Of a DNA stretch of 64,000 nt, positions 45,718 through 55,786 are shown one piece after another. Below the pieces are notes generated by a model. The model searched no databases, was not told where the DNA came from, and worked only from the letters and a program-made list of their open reading frames with translations. The DNA is taken from positions 16,089 to 80,088 of the forward strand of contig NZ_CAMVPN010000001.1 of assembly GCF_947169325.1 (NCBI RefSeq), written 5' to 3'. This DNA comes from an uncultured Methanobrevibacter sp. (GTDB lineage: Archaea; Methanobacteriota; Methanobacteria; Methanobacteriales; Methanobacteriaceae). Position numbers and translations under genes: made by a program. Position 1 is the first letter of the stretch. Each line of letters starts with the position of its first letter.

Positions 45718-46404
45718 ATGAAAGCTATTTATAGTAGGTTAAATTCTATTAAATATATGATTAAAAGGATTTGCCTGTTTGTTGGGGGACTGTTCATAAT
45801 GTCCATTGGAGTGGCGTTTTCAATAACCTCAATGCTTGGAACAACTCCAATAAGCTCAATTGCCTATGCTCTGGCACTGATTACAAACATTGACATAGGA
45901 ATAACCACATTCGTATTCAATGCCGCCCTGATTTTCCTGCAGTTTCTGATATTGCGCTCAAGATTTCAAAAAAAGAGGCTGCTGCAGCTCATCAACTGCG
46001 TTCTTTTCGGATATTTCACTGACGTGGCACTCTATGTTGTATCATTCATCCCATTTGACGGTTCTGCAGTGATGTGCACACTTTATCTGATTGCAAGCAT
46101 CATATTAATAGCATTCGGGATATTCGTGTACATGCCTGCCAATATCGCACCTCTTCCGGGCGAAGGCGTAGTCGAATCAATAGCAATAGTGACAAACTGG
46201 AGATTTTCAACAATAAAGATTGCTGTTGATGCATCAATGGTTACAATCGCTCTGGTAATGTGCGGATTGTGGTATAGCAACGTATTTGGAGCTGTATACA
46301 TCGGTACCGTGATTTCAGCATTCATGATAGGCTTTACATTAAGGCAAATCAACAATCTCTATGCTCGTGTGACCGGTGAGGCCGTTAATGTGGTTAATCA
46401 ATGA
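45718..46404 (+). CDS. YczE/YitT-like integral membrane protein
   Basis: It has multiple TM segments and the N-terminal pattern RICLFVGGLFIMSIGVAFSITSMLGTTPISSIAYAL, typical of the YczE/DUF6198 family as I recall it. Confidence 0.55.
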   Translation: MKAIYSRLNSIKYMIKRICLFVGGLFIMSIGVAFSITSMLGTTPISSIAYALALITNIDIGITTFVFNAALIFLQFLILRSRFQKKRLLQLINCVLFGYFTDVALYVVSFIPFDGSAVMCTLYLIASIILIAFGIFVYMPANIAPLPGEGVVESIAIVTNWRFSTIKIAVDASMVTIALVMCGLWYSNVFGAVYIGTVISAFMIGFTLRQINNLYARVTGEAVNVVNQ

Positions 46405-46409
46405 AGAAA

Positions 46410-47345
46410 TTAACTGTTTAATAAAACTAACAATGAATTGAGTATTTTTTTAGCTTGAGGAGTATTTAAATCTTCCATCTCATTTAATTTTTCAATTTTT
46501 GATTTGTACTCTTTTTTAATTTTTTCTAGTTCTGCATCGGTTTTTGCTAGTTCTATATCGCTATTTGTTAGTTTTTGATTTAATTCTTTTATTTCTTGGT
46601 CTTTTTTTGAGAGTTCATCTCCATATTTATCATTCACGATTTCATCTATTTCGTCTTCATATTCTTTCATGTTCATCATCTCGATTAGTTTATTCTGTTT
46701 TTCTGTTCCGTTAACATGTTTTAAAATCATTGTCATTAATATGACTGCAACATCTCTTTTTAATGCTTTATCTGGAATTATTGCATCTTCAAATATACTT
46801 GCCAATGTTTCACAAATTGAAGGGGCACGTTCTTTTGAAATATATTTTGGAATGAATGCAATAGAGAGTGCTTCATCATTACTTAATATATTGTTTTGAT
46901 TAATGTTCTTAATAAGGTTTTTATATTTTTCTAAAAGTTCTTTTTCTGAGAAGTATACGTATATTGGACGAATAATGTCTGTTGGACTTGTTCCATACTC
47001 TTCTGGAAAATCAATGGGATCTTTCATACATATTACTGCAGTTAAAAAAGGCAATCCGTATATGAAACTTCCAAATGTTTTGTATTTTCCAAATTTCTTT
47101 AAAGTTTCATCATTTATTTTTTCTGATTCTTCTTCAAGATTTATTAACATTTCTCCTTCTTTTACTCTCACGGAATATAATTCATCCATTCTTCCAGTTT
47201 CCATATTGGGCAGGACGACTTCTGTGGGATATCTTCTTATATATTCTCCTGGTAACTTCAAATATTGATGTTGGCGTTTTCTAAACGCTAATGATGAATA
47301 TTTAATCGTTGCATCATTTATATGAAATGGTTTTTTAATTTTCAT
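46410..47345 (-). CDS. hypothetical protein, possibly an Rpn/YhgA-like PD-(D/E)xK putative transposase, with a C-terminal coiled coil
   Basis: The segment DELYSVRVKEGEMLINLEEESEKIND...FGKYKTF...GLPFLTAVIC loosely fits the D...(hh)E.QS pattern of Rpn-family proteins. The gene is AT-rich and has a K/E-rich C-terminus. I saw no flanking inverted repeats. Confidence 0.3.
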   Translation of the reverse strand: MKIKKPFHINDATIKYSSLAFRKRQHQYLKLPGEYIRRYPTEVVLPNMETGRMDELYSVRVKEGEMLINLEEESEKINDETLKKFGKYKTFGSFIYGLPFLTAVICMKDPIDFPEEYGTSPTDIIRPIYVYFSEKELLEKYKNLIKNINQNNILSNDEALSIAFIPKYISKERAPSICETLASIFEDAIIPDKALKRDVAVILMTMILKHVNGTEKQNKLIEMMNMKEYEDEIDEIVNDKYGDELSKKDQEIKELNQKLTNSDIELAKTDAELEKIKKEYKSKIEKLNEMEDLNTPQAKKILNSLLVLLNS

Positions 47346-47364
47346 GATATTCCTCTCATATTTG

Positions 47365-47380
47365 AAATTTCCGGAAATTT
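47365..47380. promoter_or_regulatory. 16-bp perfect palindrome AAATTTCCGGAAATTT
   Basis: It lies 20 nt upstream of the minus-strand start at 47345, in the divergent intergenic region shared with the gene at 47564. Confidence 0.3.
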
Positions 47381-47563
47381 TTTTTAAACTACATTAATGC
47401 AAATAATAGTTTTTAACCATTCCTATATAAGCTTTTCAAGCTAAAAAAGCAGTATTGACTTTTGTTTGTAATTTTACGCTCTTAAATCAATATTTATTTT
47501 TTCTCATAAACAATAAATTATTTAATTAATTAAAGCTAAAATTAATATCAGTGAGGTTTAAAT

Positions 47564-48283
47564 ATGGAATTTGGACTCTGGGAAAAATATTACACAGAAA
47601 TTCTAGATGATTTTGGGTTTTCACGTGAAAATGATGAAAAATCAGCAAAGCTATTGGATGAAATCCTATCAACCGAAGGATGTTTGACTTTAAATGATCT
47701 GGCTGAAATCGTGGGCTTTTCAGACAAGTTCATCGTATTTGGTGCCGGACCTTCAATCACCGAACACATACAGGATTTGAAGGAAAATTATGATTTGAGA
47801 GAGTACGTTCTTGTGGCAGCAGACGGTGCAACAACCGCACTGATTGAAGAGAGAATCTCTCCGGATATAGTTGTAACAGACCTTGACGGAAACCTTGATG
47901 ACATCATGCTCGCCAATATCAGGGGAGCCAATATAGCAATTCACGCTCATGGAGACAACATTGAAAAGATAGCTTCCTTGACTCCATTTTTCAACAACGT
48001 ATTGGGCACAACCCAGGCTCAGCCTATAGGAAACCTCTACAACTTCGGCGGATTCACAGACGGCGACAGGGCAATATTTCTCTCAGTGGCCCTTGGAGCA
48101 TCACAGATCATCCTTGCCGGAATGGATTTCGGTGATGTGGTTACAAAGTATTCCAGACCTAACTTGGAAAACGCCCTGGAGAAGGCTGATGACTTCAAAA
48201 GGAAAAAGCTCATCTACGCCGAAAAGTTCACCGACTGGGTGGTTGAAAACGAAAACGTTGAAATCATCAACATGAAAGAATAA
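47564..48283 (+). CDS. mptE: 6-hydroxymethylpterin diphosphokinase MptE-like (DUF115) protein
   Basis: The segment FIVFGAGPSITEHI...VLVAADGATTALIEERISPDIVVTDLDGNLDD...IAIHAHGDN matches the archaeal MptE/DUF115 pattern. Confidence 0.65.
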   Translation: MEFGLWEKYYTEILDDFGFSRENDEKSAKLLDEILSTEGCLTLNDLAEIVGFSDKFIVFGAGPSITEHIQDLKENYDLREYVLVAADGATTALIEERISPDIVVTDLDGNLDDIMLANIRGANIAIHAHGDNIEKIASLTPFFNNVLGTTQAQPIGNLYNFGGFTDGDRAIFLSVALGASQIILAGMDFGDVVTKYSRPNLENALEKADDFKRKKLIYAEKFTDWVVENENVEIINMKE

Positions 48284-48316
48284 TTTTTTATAATAATTTG
48301 TATATAAGTAGATAAT

Positions 48317-49426
48317 ATGGGAATTGAAGATATTTTGATGTATGATGAAAGCCTTTTTAATAACATAAACGCTTTTGACCCGGATTATATGCCTCCGAAC
48401 TACAATTTCAGGGACACTCAAATGGAAGGCATGGCAATGGCAATAAGGCCTGCCATGAGAGGAGGCCAGCCGTCAAATGCAATCATATTGGGCTCACCGG
48501 CAACAGGCAAAACAACAGCCATTAAGAAAGTCTTTGAAATGGTTGAAAAGACTACAGAAAAAGTCATATGTGTTTATGTCAACTGCCAGATTCATACAAC
48601 CCGTTTCGGAATATTTTCACAGGTCTATAAAAAGGTATTCGGATACCTTCCCCCTGAAACCGGAATTCCGTTTTCAAAAATATATGCCGAAATCATGAAA
48701 AATCTTCAAAAAAATGAAAAGTCCCTGATTGTAGCATTCGACGACATCAATTATCTTTTCCAATCAAAAAACGCAAACAAGGTAGTGTACGATTTGCTCA
48801 GGGCTTATGAGGAATATCCTGGAGTCAGAACATCTATTTTTGCAATCCTCTCTGATTTGGAGTTCAAGTATGCCTTTGACAAGAACGTCAATACCGTGTT
48901 CATTCCTCAGGAAATCATGTTTCCGCTTTACAAATACTCCGAAATCGAGGACATCCTAAGGGACAGGGCAAAGGCAGGATTTTTCCCAGGAGTGCTGAGT
49001 GATGACATTCTGGAGCAGATTGCCATGTATACGCTGGAAAATGGTGATTTGAGAGTTGGAATCAATCTTCTGAAATCATGCGGCAATATTGCGGAAGCTT
49101 CAGCAAGCCGTGAAATAACTCAGGAGCACTTCGACAAGGCCATAGACTCATTGGTTTCCATCAACGTTTCCGAAACATTGAAATCTCTCAACGACGTTGA
49201 AAAAGAGCTTTTGAAAATGATTGTTGACTATGATGGCATATATACGGCAGGAGATCTTTCAGAGGAATACAAACAAAAGACAGGCTCCAGTTATGCGTCA
49301 TTCAACAGGACCCTGGAAAAACTTGAATTCGTAAGATTAATCGATACCAAATTTACAGGAAAAGGATCAAGGGGTCAATCCAGGCAAATCATATTGCGCT
49401 TCAACCCCGAAGATTATCAAATCTGA
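48317..49426 (+). CDS. cdc6: Orc1/Cdc6 replication initiator
   Basis: The Orc1/Cdc6 N-terminal motif is PDYMPPNYNFRDTQMEGMAMAI. Walker A is ILGSPATGKTT and Walker B is LIVAFDDINYL. The C-terminal winged helix includes LKMIVDYDGIYTAGDLSEEYK...FNRTLEKLEFVRLI. Confidence 0.9.
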   Translation: MGIEDILMYDESLFNNINAFDPDYMPPNYNFRDTQMEGMAMAIRPAMRGGQPSNAIILGSPATGKTTAIKKVFEMVEKTTEKVICVYVNCQIHTTRFGIFSQVYKKVFGYLPPETGIPFSKIYAEIMKNLQKNEKSLIVAFDDINYLFQSKNANKVVYDLLRAYEEYPGVRTSIFAILSDLEFKYAFDKNVNTVFIPQEIMFPLYKYSEIEDILRDRAKAGFFPGVLSDDILEQIAMYTLENGDLRVGINLLKSCGNIAEASASREITQEHFDKAIDSLVSINVSETLKSLNDVEKELLKMIVDYDGIYTAGDLSEEYKQKTGSSYASFNRTLEKLEFVRLIDTKFTGKGSRGQSRQIILRFNPEDYQI

Positions 49427-49526
49427 CCTTTCCTGGGGAAATTAGTTTCTGTTAACATTAGAGTGTTTGCATGGTAAGCTCATCTAATGTGCAGCTAAGG
49501 GTTTGGTATTGTAAAATCAATTAATC

Positions 49527-49718
49527 CTAGATAATAAACGGATTTTGCGCTGCTACAACAGAAATAACAGATAAAAGTAATGCTGCTATGACCACGAGCA
49601 TTACCATGCAAGATTGAACATCTAAACCGCTGTATAAAACTTCATCTACTATTGAACTTCTTTTTCTTAAGTCCGCTTGAATTGTGGTGTCATTATTATT
49701 TCTCAACATTTTTATCAC
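49527..49718 (-). CDS. small hypothetical protein with a C-terminal TM segment
   Basis: A 63-aa ORF with the hydrophobic segment CMVMLVVIAALLLSVISVVAA. There is no other support. Confidence 0.3.
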   Translation of the reverse strand: MIKMLRNNNDTTIQADLRKRSSIVDEVLYSGLDVQSCMVMLVVIAALLLSVISVVAAQNPFII

Positions 49719-49799
49719 TATATTTTAAATTGTTTGAAGTCCATATATAAACAAAAGGCGAGAGAGCATTTGAAAAGTATTATTTGGAGGTAAATTTTC

Positions 49800-50213
49800 A
49801 TGAAAAAATATGATTATTTCGAAGTAACTGCCGACATTGGCATTAAGGCATATGGTAATGACCTAAATGAAGCCTTTGAAAATGCAGGAACTGCAATGTT
49901 TAATATCATAACGGATACAAAGGATGTCAGTGCTGAAAAGGAAATATCATTTGAAATAACCTCTGAAGACGAAGTTTCGCTTCTCTATGACTATTTGGAG
50001 GAGTTGCTGTTCCACCACGAGATAGAGTTCATGTTATTCAACGAATTTCATGTAAAAATTGATGAAAAATTGAATTTGAAGGCATCAATAAAAGGAGAGG
50101 CCATCGACTGGGACAAGCATGAGAGAAAAACCGAAATAAAGGCAATAACCTTCCATAAGATGGAAGTCATAAAAGGAGATTTCGTTGAAGTCCATGCAAT
50201 TTTGGATTTATAA
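49800..50213 (+). CDS. archease
   Basis: The protein starts MKKYDYFEVTADIGIKAYGNDLNEAFENAGTAMFNIITD and contains EIKAITFHKMEV. The length is 137 aa. RtcB lies nearby. Confidence 0.85.
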   Translation: MKKYDYFEVTADIGIKAYGNDLNEAFENAGTAMFNIITDTKDVSAEKEISFEITSEDEVSLLYDYLEELLFHHEIEFMLFNEFHVKIDEKLNLKASIKGEAIDWDKHERKTEIKAITFHKMEVIKGDFVEVHAILDL

Positions 50214-50245
50214 CTATAAATAATATAGGTAACATAAGTGATATT

Positions 50246-50566
50246 ATGAAAAGGACAAGAACCGTAACAAGAAACTTTGAGATGGCGATGGGTCTCATAG
50301 GGTCAGTCATAGGAGTGTTTTCAGGTTCCTTCCTGATATTTTTGGAACACATTGGCCAAGCACACGCTCCATTTTTAGGCATAGTGGCTATTATAGCATC
50401 CGTTTTAGGTTTTGCTTCTTCATACTACGTTAAAAAGAATCATGAACTTGCAGGCGTAGGATTCATAGTTGCAACAATGTTTGTTATAATAGGTTCTGAT
50501 TACATCAACATTTTAAGCGCATTATTCCTGATGCTTGCAGGTGTATCCGCTCTCTTTAGAAAATAA
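50246..50566 (+). CDS. small integral membrane protein (three predicted TM segments)
   Basis: The hydrophobic segments are MGLIGSVIGVFSGSFLIFL, LGIVAIIASVLGFASSYY and GVGFIVATMFVIIG...LFLMLAGVSALF. Confidence 0.55.
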   Translation: MKRTRTVTRNFEMAMGLIGSVIGVFSGSFLIFLEHIGQAHAPFLGIVAIIASVLGFASSYYVKKNHELAGVGFIVATMFVIIGSDYINILSALFLMLAGVSALFRK

Positions 50567-50863
50567 CTCTTTTTTTACAATATTGATTTTTTCTTATATT
50601 ATTAATCTGATGGATATCAAAACCTTTTTTAAGTATTATGTTCATAGTATATCTTAAATTGAAATTTCAAGTAAAATTACTTCTATTTGAAGTCAATTTT
50701 CTCACGTGAGAACAATATTTCAAAGTCAAAGCAATTTTATGCTCTGACGATAATTTTGCTAATTGTTGAAATAATGTTTGATTGGAATGAATTTGTATTA
50801 TTGGGATATTTGTTGCTTATGAAGGATGGAGAAGGATATGTTTAAAAACGATTTAAAAAAGAA

Positions 50864-51304
50864 ATGGATTATGCTTCTTTGTTAAATGAGGATAAGGGGT
50901 TATTTGAGGAGGAATTTTCTAGTTTAATTGATGATTTTCCTTTTGAAGATTATGAGGAAATTCATGATTTTTTCAGTGAAAATAGGGGGCTAATCGTTAT
51001 TTTGAAAAAAACCAGGCCTCTTTTAGAAAAACATGTCCCATATGCCTCATTTCATTTGGAATTGGATGTTGATCCATTGGTTACTCCACAATTGCTTTTG
51101 GTTGTTAAAGCATTGGATTATGATTTCAATAATGGATTTAAGGACTATATCAAATTCATTGACAGTGAACTTGATGATTTGCTCTTAAAACTTAATTTGA
51201 GTAGGAAATTTTTCATATTTGATACCAGCTGTAATGCTGCTGGAAAATCTGCTTTAAGTCTTAAAGAAGTTTCCAGACATTATTCCGGATATTATAATCA
51301 ATAA
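50864..51304 (+). CDS. hypothetical acidic protein
   Basis: A 146-aa ORF with no recognised motif. Confidence 0.4.
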   Translation: MDYASLLNEDKGLFEEEFSSLIDDFPFEDYEEIHDFFSENRGLIVILKKTRPLLEKHVPYASFHLELDVDPLVTPQLLLVVKALDYDFNNGFKDYIKFIDSELDDLLLKLNLSRKFFIFDTSCNAAGKSALSLKEVSRHYSGYYNQ

Positions 51305-51411
51305 TTTCTGCTTTTTTTCATATTGCATTTACTAATTGAAAAGAAATATGCAATTTTACCAAAACATTATTTAATCGTCACATATAAATATTAATACATA
51401 ATATTTTAGTG

Positions 51412-52866
51412 ATGCTTATGACTATTAAAGATGAAATTAAAAAAGTTAGGGATAATGTTTATGAAATTCCGGGCTCTTACAACAAGAAAATGAGGGCTTC
51501 CGGAAGATTTTACATTGCTGATGAATTTTTTGAAGATCTGGAGGAAGGAGCAGTCGAACAGATTGTTAATGTGGCCTGCCTTCCGGGTGTTCAAAGGTAC
51601 TCAATCGGACTGCCGGACATCCACTTCGGATATGGATTCCCGATTGGAGGCGTTGCAGCATTCAGCATGAGAAATGGTATCGTATCTCCTGGAGGTGTCG
51701 GATTCGACATCAACTGCGGAGTCAGACTCATCAAAACCAATCTCACAGTAGAGGACATCGAAGAGCAATTGGATGAGCTTACAGAAAAGTTGTTTAAAAA
51801 CATCCCGTCCGGTGTCGGAAGCAAAGGAAGAATAAAGCTTGACGAAAACCAGATTAACGATGTGCTCGATTACGGTGCTGAATGGGCAGTAAACAACGGA
51901 TACGGATGGCCGGAAGATTTGGAAGTTCTTGAAGAAAACGGAAGAATGGTCGACGCCGACTCAAGCATAGTTTCAGATAAGGCTAAAAAAAGAGGAATTC
52001 CGCAACTGGGTTCACTTGGTTCCGGAAATCACTTTCTGGAAGTCCAGTACGTTGATGAAATCTACGATGAAGAGGTTGCAAAGGTATTCGGACTTGAAAA
52101 GGGAATGGTTGTCGTAATGATTCATTCAGGTTCCAGAGGCTGCGGACACCAGGTATGTTCAGATTACCTTAGAGTAATGGACAAGGCCTACAAAAAATAC
52201 AAAATCCAGCTTGATGACAGGCAACTTGCATGCGCTCCTCTTGATTCAAAAGAAGCTCAAAACTACATTCAGGCAATGGCGGCAGCGGCCAATTATGCAT
52301 GGGCAAACAGACAGATGATGACTCACTGGATTCGTGAAACCTTCGAGGACGTCATGGGAAAAACCGCAAAGGAAATGGAAATGGACATTGTCTATGACGT
52401 GGCCCACAATATCGTCAAGATGGAAAGACATAAGGTATTTAACCGTGAAGAGGACTTATTGGTTCACAGGAAAGGAGCAACCCGTGCATTCGGTCCTGGA
52501 AGAGAAGAAGTTCCTGAAAAATACAGGGATGTCGGACAACCTGTGCTTATTCCAGGTACAATGGGAACAGCATCATATGTATTGCACGGAACCGAAACTG
52601 CAATGGAAGAGACTTTCGGCTCCACCGCACACGGTGCTGGAAGGGTGCTTTCAAGATCAAGAGCTAAAAAGGACTTCAACGCAGATGACATTACCAATGA
52701 CCTTGCTTCAAAAGGCATTAAAATCAAGGCTACAAGCAAAAGCGTGATTGAAGAGGAAGCTCCTGGTGCATATAAGGATGTAGACAGTGTAGTCAGAGTA
52801 TCTGACAGTACAGGAATCGCAAAACTGGTTGCAAAGGTCAAACCATTATCAGTATGTAAAGGGTAG
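51412..52866 (+). CDS. rtcB: RNA-splicing ligase RtcB
   Basis: Signatures are [52 protein letters not shown] and TAHGAGR. The track start is GTG 51409, with ATGs at 51412 and 51418. Confidence 0.92.
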   Translation: MLMTIKDEIKKVRDNVYEIPGSYNKKMRASGRFYIADEFFEDLEEGAVEQIVNVACLPGVQRYSIGLPDIHFGYGFPIGGVAAFSMRNGIVSPGGVGFDINCGVRLIKTNLTVEDIEEQLDELTEKLFKNIPSGVGSKGRIKLDENQINDVLDYGAEWAVNNGYGWPEDLEVLEENGRMVDADSSIVSDKAKKRGIPQLGSLGSGNHFLEVQYVDEIYDEEVAKVFGLEKGMVVVMIHSGSRGCGHQVCSDYLRVMDKAYKKYKIQLDDRQLACAPLDSKEAQNYIQAMAAAANYAWANRQMMTHWIRETFEDVMGKTAKEMEMDIVYDVAHNIVKMERHKVFNREEDLLVHRKGATRAFGPGREEVPEKYRDVGQPVLIPGTMGTASYVLHGTETAMEETFGSTAHGAGRVLSRSRAKKDFNADDITNDLASKGIKIKATSKSVIEEEAPGAYKDVDSVVRVSDSTGIAKLVAKVKPLSVCKG

Positions 52867-52872
52867 TTTTAA

Positions 52873-53631
52873 ATGATCGGCATAATCGGCGGCAGCGGAG
52901 TATATGAAATCACTCAAAAGGCAGACTCCTGCGAGCAGAAATTAATAAAAACAGATTATGGGGAAGTGGAAGTTTCCCTTCTGGAGATATTTTCAAAGAA
53001 AGTGGCATTTATCCCTCGCCACGCCAAAGGACACTCCATCCCTCCACATAAAATTAACTTCAGGGCAAACATTGATGCATTAAAGGCAGTAGGTGTCACT
53101 AAAATTATTGCAACAAACTCTGTGGGCTCAATGAACGAAAACATGCCTCCTGGCTCTTTCGTAATACCTGATGACTTTCTTGATTTCTCACAGAACCGTG
53201 CAAAAACATACTTTGAGGACAAGGTCGTCCATGTGGACGTGACAGAACCGTATTGCCCATCCATAAGGGATGCATTGGCTGAATGCGGTGACGTTATTCT
53301 TGGAGGAACATATGTCTGCACTGAAGGGCCAAGATTCGAGACTCCTGCAGAAATCAAAATGTTTAAGATGCTTGGAGGAGACCTTGTCGGAATGACAGGC
53401 CTTCCGGAAGTCACACTGGCACGAGAAAGGGAAATGTGCTACAATTCAATATGCATAGTCTCCAATTACGCATCAGGAATATCCGAACATGAGCTAACCA
53501 TTGACGAAGTCTTTGAAATGGTTGCAAAAATGGAAGACGAGCTACTTGAACTGATTTATAATTTTATAAAAAACGTTGACGAGTCAAAAGATTGCATGTG
53601 CCGCCACGCATTGGATGGTGCAGAGGTTTAA
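52873..53631 (+). CDS. mtnP: S-methyl-5'-thioadenosine (purine nucleoside) phosphorylase
   Basis: Signatures are MIGIIGGSGVYE, FIPRHAKGHSIPPHKINFRANIDALKAVGV, NSVGS and CTEGPRFETPAEI..FK.LGGDLVGMTG.PE. Confidence 0.85.
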   Translation: MIGIIGGSGVYEITQKADSCEQKLIKTDYGEVEVSLLEIFSKKVAFIPRHAKGHSIPPHKINFRANIDALKAVGVTKIIATNSVGSMNENMPPGSFVIPDDFLDFSQNRAKTYFEDKVVHVDVTEPYCPSIRDALAECGDVILGGTYVCTEGPRFETPAEIKMFKMLGGDLVGMTGLPEVTLAREREMCYNSICIVSNYASGISEHELTIDEVFEMVAKMEDELLELIYNFIKNVDESKDCMCRHALDGAEV

Positions 53632-53671
53632 ATATCACAATTATTGATGTTTCCATTAAAATGGTGAGGTC

Positions 53672-53995
53672 ATGACAAACAGGATGGTAGTGTTCTTCTG
53701 CAGGCATCACAAATTCAGGGAAGTTGAAATAAGCGGCGTATTCGACATGGACTTCTTTGAAGAGGAAGGTGCTGTCAAATTCTATGACGCAAATCATGAG
53801 TTAAAACAAACAATTCCGCCAAATCCCTATGATAAGGATGATGATTTTGAATTGTGGAATGCCTTCAATCAGCTGTCCGCTTACATACGTCTTGACAGGG
53901 ATTTTGAAGAACTTCTGGCAGAATGTATCTACGGAATTGAAAATCTCAAAAGGTTAGGTTATAATCTTGAAATGGAAGCATTGACATGGGAGTAA
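53672..53995 (+). CDS. hypothetical protein
   Basis: A 107-aa ORF with no recognised motif. Confidence 0.4.
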   Translation: MTNRMVVFFCRHHKFREVEISGVFDMDFFEEEGAVKFYDANHELKQTIPPNPYDKDDDFELWNAFNQLSAYIRLDRDFEELLAECIYGIENLKRLGYNLEMEALTWE

Positions 53996-54002
53996 TGATA
54001 AA

Positions 54003-54572
54003 ATGAGCAAAGTTATTTTACTGAACGCATCTCCAAGGGCAAACTCAAACACCAAAATCGTGCTTGAAGAGTGTGCAAAGGAGATAGAAAAGGAAGGAGT
54101 CGAGGCTGAAATCATTTCACTAAGGGGAATGAAAATCCAATCATGCATAGCATGCGGAAAATGCGCAGAAACTGGAAACTGCGTGCTTCCGGATGGCCTT
54201 GATGAAATCATCGAAAAAATCCGGAATGCAGACGGATTCATCCCTGCAGCGCCGGTGTATTTCGGAACAGCAAGAGGCGACATAATGGCCGCACTTCAGA
54301 GAATCGGAAAAGTGTCCCGTGGAGGAGACAGGTTCCTTGACTGGATGGTCGGAGGCCCGATTGCCGTTGCAAGACGTGGAGGAGTCACATTAACGCTTCA
54401 GGAAATGCTGATGTTTTTTGCAATCAACAACATGATTGTTGCAGGAAGCACATACTGGAACATGGTTATTGCAGGAGCGGAAGGAACCGCAATGGAAGAC
54501 GAAGAAGGAATCCAGACAATAAGGCTCTTCGGCGAGAACGTCGCTAAAATCATCAAAAAGGTAAGGGATTAA
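54003..54572 (+). CDS. flavodoxin-fold FMN reductase / iron-sulfur flavoprotein-like protein
   Basis: The N-terminus is KVILLNASPRANSNTKIVLEE. The Cys cluster is SCIACGKCAETGNC, followed by DGFIPAAPVYFGTARG. Confidence 0.7.
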   Translation: MSKVILLNASPRANSNTKIVLEECAKEIEKEGVEAEIISLRGMKIQSCIACGKCAETGNCVLPDGLDEIIEKIRNADGFIPAAPVYFGTARGDIMAALQRIGKVSRGGDRFLDWMVGGPIAVARRGGVTLTLQEMLMFFAINNMIVAGSTYWNMVIAGAEGTAMEDEEGIQTIRLFGENVAKIIKKVRD

Positions 54573-54573
54573 A

Positions 54574-54894
54574 ATGAGATTGGCTGTTGTATCATCTGAT
54601 GGAGAAAACGTGGATTTGCACCTTGGAAAAGGCAGTTCCCTTTATATTTACGATTATGAAGATGAACTGACCTTTGTTGAACACAGGACCGTTGACATTG
54701 ATGTCGAATCAAAGCATCAGGGAAGCAAAGTGTTGAAAGCATGTGAAGACTGTGACGTTTTGATTGCTGTTGAATATGGTTTTAAATCAAAAATTAAGGC
54801 TGAAAATGCAGGCATCAAACTCGTAACCGATGAAGGTCCTGTTGATGATGTCTTAAAAAGGTACATTGACCACTACAACTTCATGAAAAATTAA
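54574..54894 (+). CDS. NifB/NifX-family (dinitrogenase FeMo-cofactor-binding-like) small protein
   Basis: The protein starts MRLAVVSSDGENVDLHLGKGSSLYIYDYED and continues CDVLIAVEYGFKSKIKAENAGIKLV. It starts 2 nt after the upstream stop. Confidence 0.6.
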   Translation: MRLAVVSSDGENVDLHLGKGSSLYIYDYEDELTFVEHRTVDIDVESKHQGSKVLKACEDCDVLIAVEYGFKSKIKAENAGIKLVTDEGPVDDVLKRYIDHYNFMKN

Positions 54895-54998
54895 CTTTTT
54901 TTCATTTCTTTTTTCGATAATCTTTATATAACATAAGTTATATAATATATCATGTTGCAATATAACAATTGTGATAATCAATGATGGGGGGATAATGT

Positions 54999-55784
54999 AT
55001 GTGTGAAATTTTTTGTTTTAACTCTAATACGCCAAAACAAGTAAATGAATGTTTGGAATGTTTCTATAATCATTCCGATCAACATCCGCATGGATGGGGA
55101 TTGGCTACAATGCAATCTGATGAATTTGTTATAACTAAAGAGCCTATAAAAGCAACATGTAGTCAACATTTGAAAGATATATTATCCAACCCCGTTGTTG
55201 GCAAGAATGTATTCGCTCATATCCGATTAGCAACTGTTGGTGAAATTATATCTCCCAATTGTCACCCTTTTACGGAAGCTGATGATAACAATAGGTCTTG
55301 GATGTTGATACACAACGGAACCATATTTGACTATCCCGAACTTGACAGATACAAGAATGTTGAGAATGGAGATACTGATTCTGAGCGAATACTTCTCCAT
55401 ATAATCGATAAGGTTAATGAGTTTGAAGATGCTAAAGGGGGATTATCTACAATTAAGGAGCGATTTAACTTATTAACTGAGATTGTATCTGATCTGTCCA
55501 AAAACAACAAGCTTAATTTGATGATTTATGATGGGGATTTGACTTATATCCATTCGAATATGAGAAAATCTCTTTATTATCTGAAAAATGATGACGGCTT
55601 TTTAGTGGCCACAACTCCATTGACTGACGATGACGGCTGGCTTGAGGTTGAACTGAACAAGCTGTTTGGCCTAATTGATGGAAATATCATTTTTGAAAGC
55701 GAAGAGCATGATAATGAATTTATTTTAACAGAAGTGCATGAAAAAATTTTACAGGATTACTTGGATTCATTGAATGGGGAGTAA
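54999..55784 (+). CDS. class II (Ntn, Cys2) glutamine amidotransferase-like protein (YafJ/EgtC-like)
   Basis: The protein starts MCEIFCF (nucleophile Cys directly after Met). Other signatures are HPHGWGLA, AHIRLATVGE....NCHPF, LIHNGTI and GDTDSERI. Confidence 0.7.
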   Translation: MCEIFCFNSNTPKQVNECLECFYNHSDQHPHGWGLATMQSDEFVITKEPIKATCSQHLKDILSNPVVGKNVFAHIRLATVGEIISPNCHPFTEADDNNRSWMLIHNGTIFDYPELDRYKNVENGDTDSERILLHIIDKVNEFEDAKGGLSTIKERFNLLTEIVSDLSKNNKLNLMIYDGDLTYIHSNMRKSLYYLKNDDGFLVATTPLTDDDGWLEVELNKLFGLIDGNIIFESEEHDNEFILTEVHEKILQDYLDSLNGE

Positions 55785-55786
55785 AT

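Noticed and set aside
46410-47345. A complete IS element or transposon around the Rpn/YhgA-like gene
   Set aside because: I could find no terminal inverted repeats or target-site duplication flanking the gene, and the family assignment itself is weak. It is reported only as a low-confidence CDS call.
49800-52866. Archease and RtcB separated by two small unrelated genes, as a possible novel arrangement
   Set aside because: The functional pairing of archease and RtcB is well established. Loose linkage with intervening small genes is unremarkable, and nothing unusual is visible in the sequence.
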